From Spirochaetia bacterium (lineage in GTDB: Bacteria > Spirochaetota > Spirochaetia > SP-2023), in assembly GCA_965225855.1 (NCBI GenBank), contig CBDDCK010000005.1, forward strand, positions 896,001 through 960,000: 64,000 nucleotides of DNA, in the 5' to 3' direction. Position 1 is the stretch's first letter; each line of letters opens with the position of its first letter. A program made the translations under genes and the position numbers. Positions 1 to 9,900 of the stretch are shown piece by piece. The notes below the pieces were generated by a model that saw nothing but the letters and a program-made list of their open reading frames with translations, ran no database searches and had not been told where the DNA came from.

Positions 1-202
1 CATCGCGACCACAGCCCCATTTTTATGCTAAGTGCTTCGCTCCAAAATGCTAACAAAAAGCTTGCCATTAGTTATACTTGATCGTCCAACAAAACTATAG
101 TATAATTATCGAAAAATCTTAGTGATTCTTCATCGGTTATACTTGATCGTCCAACAAAACGGGAATTATGTATAAAAGGGTACTAAAATAAATTGTGAAA
201 AA

Positions 203-1141
203 ATGACAATAGTAGTTGACAATAAATATACAAAAATGTACTCTATAAATATGGAAAATTCAATAATAGATTTATTAGATACATTCAAAGATGACAAAGC
301 ATGTGAGCAGTATTTTCTTGAAAAGAGGTTTGCCAATGGTGTATGTTGCTTATATTGTAAACATGATAAAGTATATAAAATACAAGGCGTCAATAAATGC
401 CAGAGATATAAATGCGCCAGATGCAAGAAACGATTTAGTGCGCTTACAGGTACTATTTTTGAGAGCACCAAGTTAGGATTGCGAAAGTGGTTTTTAGCAT
501 TTCATTTAATACAAAATTCAAGTAAAGGAATTAGCAGCATACAATTATCAAAACACCTAAAAATAACCCAACGTACAGCGTGGTTTATTTTACACAGATT
601 TAGAGAAGTGGCAGAAGATAAGTTTCAGATGGTTAGTGGAAGTGTAGAAATCGATGAAACATTTATAGGCGGAAAAGAAGGCAATAAGCATGCAAGTAAA
701 AAGCTTGGGTATCATGGAACAGAAGGTAAAACTGCAGTTATGGGCGCAATATCACGGCAAGACAAGCAAGTAGTAGCGTCTCCTGTAAAAGAAGTATCGT
801 ATAGCTCTGTAGAAATATTTAGGAAGCATAATATAGCAAAAGGAAGTATAATCTACTCTGATCAATGCAAAGCCTATCGTGGGCAGTCTGATTTTAAAGT
901 CCATCATAGTCTGAAAGAATTTGTTAGGGATGGCCATATTCATACCAACTGTATCGAGAGCTTTTGGGCGATACTAAAAAGAGGGTATATCGGTATCTAT
1001 CACTGGTGGAGTGTTAAGCACTTACACAGATATATCAATGAATTTACTTTTAGATTTAATCATAAACAAATATCTTTAGCAACACTGCTGGAATATACCG
1101 TCAATAAAAGACTGAAATATAGAGAGCTTACTGATGGCTAA
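203..1141 (+). CDS. IS1595-family (ISXO2-like) DDE transposase
   Basis: Zn ribbon CLYC...CARC, HTH, VEIDETFIGG, IYSDQ, HTNCIESFW and KHLHRYINEFTFRFN motifs. Confidence 0.96.
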   Translation: MTIVVDNKYTKMYSINMENSIIDLLDTFKDDKACEQYFLEKRFANGVCCLYCKHDKVYKIQGVNKCQRYKCARCKKRFSALTGTIFESTKLGLRKWFLAFHLIQNSSKGISSIQLSKHLKITQRTAWFILHRFREVAEDKFQMVSGSVEIDETFIGGKEGNKHASKKLGYHGTEGKTAVMGAISRQDKQVVASPVKEVSYSSVEIFRKHNIAKGSIIYSDQCKAYRGQSDFKVHHSLKEFVRDGHIHTNCIESFWAILKRGYIGIYHWWSVKHLHRYINEFTFRFNHKQISLATLLEYTVNKRLKYRELTDG

Positions 1142-1292
1142 AAAACAACAAAGATTCAAAATAAACATGTCTTTCAATGATTTCTTGAATCAAGTTATCG
1201 ATAAGGCCGATATACAATCAGGCAAAGACAAAGAAGTTATTACGACCAAAGATAATAGCAAAATTACTTTACACAAAAGCTTGCCAAAATGA
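1134..1292 (+). CDS. Small 52-aa hypothetical protein inside the IS
   Basis: ORF MAKKQQRFKINMSFNDFLNQVIDK... overlaps the transposase stop, and its TGA overlaps the MTase ATG (ATGA), suggesting translational coupling. Confidence 0.55.
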   Translation: MAKKQQRFKINMSFNDFLNQVIDKADIQSGKDKEVITTKDNSKITLHKSLPK

Positions 1293-2804
1293 GAATCAAT
1301 CATCCAATAAACCCTCATAATTGGCGGAATCTATTGTATAGAGCCGATTGTAAGTATGCTCTACAACATTTAATCAGCAATCAAGTAACAGTAGACTTAA
1401 TTTATTTAGACCCACCGTTTAACTCAAACAGAGTCTATAATATGCTCTATTCACAAAATAAAAACAATCACGGCGCAAGCCAAAAAGCTTTCCACGATAT
1501 GTGGACAATTACCAGCCAAACACGTGAAGTTTGTTTAGCTTTTCAAGATAGAATGAAAAGTGAACAAGAAATATCACCTATTGTCAAATCTTTGTTGGAA
1601 ACTTGGACTAATTCTTTGATAAACGGGGGGAAGAAGTAATCAGATGATAGTATATCTGATTTATATGGTTGAAAGACTGATATTAATGAGAAAAGTGCTA
1701 AAGGACACAGGAAGCATCTATCTACATTGCGACCCTACAGCCAGCCACTACCTTAAAATAATTATGGACGGGATATTTGGCCATGATAATTTTGTAAATG
1801 AAATTATTTGGAGTTATAAAAGTGGTGGGGCATCTAAAAAAAGATGGGCAAAGAAACATGATGTAATTTTAATGTATTCTAAAACAAAAGATAACTTTGT
1901 ATTTTGTACACAATACTATAAAAGGTACTTATTAAGAGATGAACAGACAGGCAAAGAACTTGGCAAAGACCCTAGAGAGCATGTTAAATATTATAAAGAC
2001 GGGATAGGAACTTATCGAATAAACATTGAAAGAGATATTTGGGAAATTCCTATTATTAGTCCTAATAGCAAAACTGAAAGAATGGGCTACCCCACACAGA
2101 AACCGCTAGCATTATTAGATAAAATTATCAAAGCTTCATGTCCCGAAGACGGCACTGTATTAGACCCATTTTGTGGTTGTGGCACGACTTTAGAGAGTGC
2201 TATTATCAATAGAAAAAATTGGATAGGTGTGGATATAAGCAATAATGCTGTAGAAGTAATGCAAAATAGAATAGCCAATACCCATACAGGAGCAAAATAT
2301 GATTTAATACACGGAAACCCTGAAAACTTAATGGATTATCAAAAACTCAATGCCTATGACAAACAAGAGTGGTTAATCAATACTATTGGTGGCTTCCCCA
2401 ACCCTAAAAAGTCTGGCGATAGCGGAGTCGATGGTGATCTTACCGTACATGGCGGTTTTGATAAAACTGGTAGAGATATATGGCATAAGGTGATTTTTAG
2501 TGTAAAAACTGGCAATCAATGTGAGCCTAAATTTTTGAGAGAACTTATAGGAACAATGAAAATACATAATGCTACTTATGGGGGTTTGATACTGGATAAA
2601 GACCCAAGCGAAGCAATGCTTAAGACGATATATAACAGCAAAAAAATTACCTACCAATATGCCAAAGAATTGCCACCACAATATTTTGATACCTTACAGA
2701 TATTGACAAGCCAACAAATAATAGATGGTGCTAAATTTGACTTACCCCCTACCATAAATAAAATTAAAAAATATCGGCAAGTCCCTACACTAGATTTTGG
2801 TTAG
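1289..2804 (+). pseudogene. Beta-class N6/N4 DNA methyltransferase with C-terminal Mrr-like nuclease-fold domain, frameshifted at a G6 tract
   Basis: DLIYLDPPF in ORF 1289-1639. SIYLHCD, GYPTQKP, VLDPFCGCGTT and GDSGVDG...FSVKTG in ORF 1644-2804. Removing one G at 1625-1630 fuses the two ORFs. Confidence 0.85.
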
Positions 2805-5800
2805 TCCGCTTTTATACATAATTACCCAGCAAAACTATAGTATAATAAAATATATTTTATGATTGGGTTCGCAACGGTTATACTTGATCGTCCAACAAAA
2901 CTATAGTATAATGGTAATGGTATCATCTAGTCTTATTGTCATGTTATACTTGATCGTCCAACAAAACTATAGTATAATTAACACAAGCGTTTAGAACAAT
3001 GACAACCGGTTATACTTGATCGTCCAACAAAACTATAGTATAATTAATCTTACAAGTGGCTTATCTGTAAGTAAGTTATACTTGATCGTCCAACAAAACT
3101 ATAGTATAATGCTAATTCGCAAGGGCAAAGTGGCATGACTGTTATACTTGATCGTCCAACAAAACTATAGTATAATTTAGACTGTATAGAGCAATATACG
3201 CAAGAGGTTATACTTGATCGTCCAACAAAACTATAGTATAATGCCCTTGCGTGTGGCCTTGGTGCGTAAGATGTTATACTTGATCGTCCAACAAAACTAT
3301 AGTATAATACAAAACAACGGAAGCCCTCGGCTTATTTGGTTATACTTGATCGTCCAACAAAACTATAGTATAATGCATTGGCTGCCCCAGCATTAGCAGC
3401 CAATGTTATACTTGATCGTCCAACAAAACTATAGTATAATATGTCTTGCCAAGCCCTTGCTGACGAAATAGTTATACTTGATCGTCCAACAAAACTATAG
3501 TATAATACAAAACAACGGAAGCCCTCGGCTTATTTGGTTATACTTGATCGTCCAACAAAACTATAGTATAATGCATTGGCTGCCCCAGCATTAGCAGCCA
3601 ATGTTATACTTGATCGTCCAACAAAACTATAGTATAATTCTAATATCTGCGGTATTAGGAATATTCCAGTTATACTTGATCGTCCAACAAAACTATAGTA
3701 TAATAACTGTAATTGCTTAGAAGTGAGGATATTTGTTATACTTGATCGTCCAACAAAACTATAGTATAATTAAACAAGTCAAAAAAATCCCCCCTTACTA
3801 GTTATACTTGATCGTCCAACAAAACTATAGTATAATAAAATATCGATATGATTATCGAAATGCTTAGTTATACTTGATCGTCCAACAAAACTATAGTATA
3901 ATTTTATGCAAGGACGAGCAAGGCTTGCTTATGTTATACTTGATCGTCCAACAAAACTATAGTATAATCATAGTCATCTTGGGGAGCCGTAACTTGAAGT
4001 TATACTTGATCGTCCAACAAAACTATAGTATAATCATTATGACGAGGTAATGTTGTGAAATTAAGTTATACTTGATCGTCCAACAAAACTATAGTATAAT
4101 TACTTTCATTTTTGATACTCCTAAAAAAAAGTTATACTTGATCGTCCAACAAAACTATAGTATAATTTAGCCCCCGATTCCAAGAGCAGCTTAACCGTTA
4201 TACTTGATCGTCCAACAAAACTATAGTATAATCAAACAGCAACCGTTGACAAAAGATCATTTGTTATACTTGATCGTCCAACAAAACTATAGTATAATAA
4301 TTGGGAAAAAATCTTATTCGAATATATAGTTATACTTGATCGTCCAACAAAACTATAGTATAATACCCATGTCACCCGTGAGTAATACAGAGTGGTTATA
4401 CTTGATCGTCCAACAAAACTATAGTATAATCAATAAATTCAGGTCGTTGCAAACGAGCATGTTATACTTGATCGTCCAACAAAACTATAGTATAATGACA
4501 GCTTGCTAAACGCACAAATTGCTCTTGTTATACTTGATCGTCCAACAAAACTATAGTATAATAGCCCAATAATGATAGAAAATCATTCTTCCGTTATACT
4601 TGATCGTCCAACAAAACTATAGTATAATTACCAGAAGTTTGAAGAACTTCCGAAATAAGTTATACTTGATCGTCCAACAAAACTATAGTATAATAGCAAC
4701 AGTCGCACCAACTTGAGCGGTAGAGTTATACTTGATCGTCCAACAAAACTATAGTATAATAAAAACTTAAAAAGAAGATAGGAGAAAAAAGTTATACTTG
4801 ATCGTCCAACAAAACTATAGTATAATGAGTCGAACCTTGGCAAAATTAACAAAAAAGTTATACTTGATCGTCCAACAAAACTATAGTATAATAAAACTTA
4901 AAAAGAAGATAGGAGGAAGAAAGTTATACTTGATCGTCCAACAAAACTATAGTATAATATCAAATGTAATATATCATCTCGCAAACTTGTTATACTTGAT
5001 CGTCCAACAAAACTATAGTATAATATCCCCTCAGAAAAATTCTGGGAATTATGGGTTATACTTGATCGTCCAACAAAACTATAGTATAATATCTTGCCTG
5101 AAACTAAAGAAGCCATGCAAGTTATACTTGATCGTCCAACAAAACTATAGTATAATTATTTTCAGTGGTTACCGTGTAACCATAAGGTTATACTTGATCG
5201 TCCAACAAAACTATAGTATAATAATAGCCAAATTCTGAACCTTCTATTTCTTGTTATACTTGATCGTCCAACAAAACTATAGTATAATTAAAGCTTAGTA
5301 AGCTTATCTAATCTATTAGTTATACTTGATCGTCCAACAAAACTATAGTATAATTCTTCCCAGCTTTACTGCCAAGGGTATTTTGTTATACTTGATCGTC
5401 CAACAAAACTATAGTATAATAAGCAGCCGATAATATACAGTAGAAGATTAGTTATACTTGATCGTCCAACAAAACTATAGTATAATCAAAAAACTTAAAA
5501 AGAAGATAGGAAAAAAGTTATACTTGATCGTCCAACAAAACTATAGTATAATGATTGGTAAATTTTTCCATCCATCAGGAGCGTTATACTTGATCGTCCA
5601 ACAAAACTATAGTATAATAGTCCTCATTATGACTAGTCTGATGAGTAGGTTATACTTGATCGTCCAACAAAACTATAGTATAATAAAATATCGTGCAAAC
5701 TACATACACGGTAAGTTATACTTGATCGTCCAACAAAACTATAGTATAATTTTTTTCTTTAGCACTTCTATCTATGTTTGTTATACTTGATCGTCCAACA

Positions 5801-6553
5801 AAACTATAGTATAATAACGCTCACCAAGACCATTGGAACAAGAAGGTTATACTTGATCGTCCAACAAAACTATAGTATAATATATAAAATCTGCTGAAAA
5901 CACTCAAATCCGTTATACTTGATCGTCCAACAAAACTATAGTATAATAAATGGAAAACAAAGGTGCTTACTTTTCCAGTTATACTTGATCGTCCAACAAA
6001 ACTATAGTATAATAAATTCAGTTGATCATCACTTAGCTCTGCCGTTATACTTGATCGTCCAACAAAACTATAGTATAATCAATTGGATAACCACAGATGA
6101 AGGAAGAAAGTTATACTTGATCGTCCAACAAAACTATAGTATAATTACGCAACTTATGGCCATTATATTGAAATTGTTATACTTGATCGTCCAACAAAAC
6201 TATAGTATAATAGTTGGCCAGCCAAAGCTTTGCGTGGTTTTGTTATACTTGATCGTCCAACAAAACTATAGTATAATAATACTCGTTGTAGATAAAATTA
6301 TACGCTTGTTATACTTGATCGTCCAACAAAACTATAGTATAATTCACCAACATTAGCACCAGTATAACCACTAGTTATACTTGATCGTCCAACAAAACTA
6401 TAGTATAATAAATAATGCACATATGCAAATATATCATGTGTTATACTTGATCGTCCAACAAAACTATAGTATAATACGACCTAGCAGGTCAAGACATAGC
6501 AACATGTTATACTTGATCGTCCAACAAAACTATAGTATAATTGTGTCTGGCTT

Positions 6554-6590
6554 AAATAGTGGCAAAGTAAGTCTTTGCCACTATTTTTTT
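6554..6590 (+). terminator. Rho-independent terminator after the array (possibly bidirectional with cas2)
   Basis: AAATAGTGGCAAAG-TAAGT-CTTTGCCACTATTT followed by TTTT. Confidence 0.8.
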
Positions 6591-6616
6591 CGTCCAAAAA
6601 GCAGATTATCAGGCGC

Positions 6617-6985
6617 TTAAAATAATAAATAACAGCCATTTTTTTCTAAATCTTGTTGTTCATTTCCAACTAAATTCGGGCCGATAAAGTTTTCGGCCAT
6701 CGTGTACTGCCTATCGGTAATGTAAAATATGCTAATTTGCCCTTCGGGGGGAATGCCGTATTTTATCCTCTGGGCTACGATCTTCGCTGCGGCCAAATTG
6801 CGGCACGGCTTAATGTAGACGGAAAATTGCTTCATGCAAAAACCGTTGTCCAGCAAATGGTTGCGGAACTGGGTGGCCAAGCGCATTTGTCTCTTAGTCT
6901 GTACGGGCAGGTCAAACATGCAGAGCAACCACATCATGGTCCAGCCCGTGGGCCGCCTATACTTGCTCTTTTTTTGTGTCAGCAT
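6617..6985 (-). CDS. cas2: CRISPR-associated protein Cas2
   Basis: MWLLCMFDLPV...FRNHLLDNGFCMKQFSVY...ITDRQY, typical type II Cas2, adjacent to the array. Confidence 0.95.
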   Translation of the reverse strand: MLTQKKSKYRRPTGWTMMWLLCMFDLPVQTKRQMRLATQFRNHLLDNGFCMKQFSVYIKPCRNLAAAKIVAQRIKYGIPPEGQISIFYITDRQYTMAENFIGPNLVGNEQQDLEKNGCYLLF

Positions 6986-9900
6986 GGCAAAAGACCTTGT
7001 GCTTGCGCTTCATTTTGCCAAACGGGCTTAGCTCGACCTTGCGGGCTCCGTGCTCGCGGAAAAAGCTTCCCCCCTTTACTAACAAAGCTGGGGCCAAGTA
7101 CTTTTGTTTCTTAGCCAGCACACTGTTGCGCCCATCGTGGGCCAGGCAAAAGCCGATTGCATTATCTTTAACTGTCAACTTGCATACCACCACTAAGCAA
7201 CGTTCTGCGCTGACCAAACTTCGATATTCTTCGGGCGTATTCAATTCCAGCAAGTCCCCTTGGTGTAGGGAATACTGCAACTGTAGGCCTTTTTGCCGCC
7301 ACTGCGTCACAAAATTTTTGTCGTTGGCGTCAAAGCGGCGAATCACTTCGATAATGCTATCGCCCTTTATATCCAAGACGATATCCGCGCGGTGGTTATT
7401 GCCGCTTTGATAATATAGCCCGTGCTTGGGCACGGTTATTAGAGATTTGTTACACTCAAAGTAATCTATCTTATGTGCGATCGGCTTTGCGCCGTCTGCC
7501 CTGTTGTGTTGGGCCAGCGCGATGGCTTTAGCCATAATGTGATTTTCGCCAATCTCTTTAACTTTTTTGCCCTCGGCCTTTTGCTCTTCCCGCTCTTGCT
7601 CTAATTGCTCCCGGGCCCTATCCCAGTTGGCCGCGATGCCTTGCTGGGCATCGGCCAAGTCTTGCCGCGCTTTGGCGATGCGCTCGTGCCACTCTGGGGG
7701 AAATTTACAAAACTGGCCGACATCTTTGCGCAAATCGGCTTGCGTTTTGATCAGCTCTTCTACCTTGCGCTTATAGACCGTCAAGGGGTCGCCCGCCGCA
7801 GGTTCTTCTTCTTTCTTTTGGAAAAACTGGCCGTATTGCTTCTCTTGAGCCTTGGTTTGGGCAATATAGCCCAGCACTATGCGCCCCGTCTCTTTGTGCA
7901 ATTGGCCCTGGGGGCTGTGCTCGGCCTTGTGAGAAACTTTTACTTCATCGAGTACGGCAACAACTTGCTCGACAAAATCTGCGCCGCTTGCGTAGCAGGA
8001 GGTAAGGGGGCACAGCTCTCTCTTCGGCAGCTTTCTGCCAATTTTGTCTGCCCGCGTAATCTTCTGTATTAAGCTGCGGGTAGACAGCGCGACAACGATG
8101 GCATCTAGCGCGTGGTGGCGATGGTCCATGCGCGGCTTGTCCAGCCATTCGGGGTTGCACACTAAATCTTTTTTATACCAACCCTTCTCGTCTACTGGAT
8201 GATAACTAACTTCTTCGGTATCCCTCTTTATCCAATGCACCTCGTTTACGGTGTTTTCGGGCAACTTCTGGCGTATTTTCTCGTCGGTAACGGGCAATTT
8301 TAGGTATCTGGGTATGTGAAACCCCATCAATTGATACTCTAGGCCTAGCAAATTCCATATGCGGCGCAGCTTGGCTGTACACTGGCCGCGTATGGGCACA
8401 ATGCGCACCGAATGGTCCCCACTTTTACTTGCGTCCGCAGGGGAAGTCGCCCTCCCTAGCTCTTGGGCCGCAATCCTTTGTGGGGCCAAGATCGCTCGCA
8501 AATAGCGCAGGGCCAGCTTGGCCATATAGCGAGTGTCCGTCAAATAGCGGCTCGTGCCATCCATATCCCCGTCACTTTCAAAAATTTCTTGGGCATCTGC
8601 TTCAAAGCGCCAAGCCTTATTTTCAGGCAAGCTTTCGGCCGCCTCTAAAATGGCTTTCAGCTTTTCGGGGCTGCGGCTCTTCTGCAAATACGGATACGGA
8701 TAGCTATCGCCCTTGTCTCGGTTGTCGTTGCGGCTGATCAAACATAGGTTTGCCGGCGTATCGCTGCCGCCCCTGGCTTGCGGTATCAAATGCTCTATTT
8801 CAAAGCCCTCAAAGCTTTGCGGTATATTTTTGGTGCTATCAAAGGCGTCCTTCCACTTCTGTTCCTTGGCCAATTTGTACTTTAAGATATTTGTCCCATT
8901 TACTACCATATTGCGCTCGACTAAGTATTTGCGGGCCTCATCGTTGATTTCTCGGTTTTTCTTTTGCTGCTTTTCTATCTCCTTCCTCTTATTTTTTGAA
9001 CGGCCCACATCGCGGCCAACTTCCACGTGAATGGCCTGCGGCCGGCCGTAAATGCGCACAATATCGTTTACCACTAGGCGCAACTGATTGAGCATCATGT
9101 GCACCGCCGGGTTGGCCAATTTGCCATACTTTTGCTCTTCGGGGTTTAGGCTCGAATTGCGCTCAGCACTCCACTGGGCTACCGGTTGGGTATCTCTGGT
9201 CAAGATTTGCCCATAGTAAGGCAAGGCTTCCCATTGGGCCTGCTGGTCACGTGCAGCCAGGTCGGCAGCGCGATAGCGCGGGTCTTCCTTGGCCAATTGG
9301 TCGGTAATTGCGCGCTGTGTCGTGGCCTGCTCGGCGCACGCAAAACCTTTGAGCACGGCCTTTGTGGCCGTCTTGCCTAAATTGCCGCGACCCTTGGGAA
9401 ACAAATGGAGCACTTCTGCGGCCTCCTCTGTGTTTTCTAGGCACAGCCGCCGCTTTAAATTTTGCAAGAGCTGCTCTTCGGTATACAAACGCCTCTGAAC
9501 ATCTTCGGGGTTTACTGGGTTGGCAATAAAGTCTACCAGTTCTTCCAAATCCCCTTCACAGAGCTTCATACCCTGAAACTTTTCGTTCGCATACAGATAG
9601 GGCTCAATGCCTTTCTTATCGGCTAGCACAATCTTGCTACTCTTGTCCAAGCCCAAGGCTTCTTGAATTTTCGTTGGCGTTGCCTTTTGGCCCTTCATTA
9701 GCAAAGTTTCGATGACGATATTTATTTGTTTTATCTCTAACAATGACTTTTCTAACGATGACTTTTTTGTCTCAAAAGTTAGGGCTGGCTCATCCCATAA
9801 CTCTAACGATGACTTTTTTGTCCCCCAGCGGCGGATGCGAATATTGTGCGCCGCTTCGCAAATGCGGTGCCTTTCGGCTAGCGGGTGGGCCTTGGGCAGG

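Larger units (their letters stand above)
161..2826 (+). mobile_element. IS1595-family element with passenger DNA methyltransferase
   Basis: Terminal inverted repeats GGGAATTATGTATAAAAG (from 161) and GGTAATTATGTATAAAAG (reverse complement ending 2826). Near-perfect 8-9 bp target duplication CAACAAAAC (152-160) / CAGCAAAAC (2827-2835) inside a CRISPR repeat. Confidence 0.93.
71..6541 (+). CRISPR. Type II-C CRISPR array, 36-bp repeat GTTATACTTGATCGTCCAACAAAACTATAGTATAAT, 58 repeats/57 spacers (29-30 nt), interrupted by an IS in repeat 2
   Basis: Identical 36-bp repeats at a 66-bp period: 71, split copy 136-160/2827-2846, then 2877 to 6506. Adjacent to cas2/cas9. Orientation from the anti-repeat, TATAAT at the repeat 3' end and a downstream terminator. 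Confidence 0.99.

Noticed and set aside
3214..6620. ORFs with repeating LYLIVQQNYSI
   Set aside because: Read-through of the 66-bp CRISPR period, not proteins.
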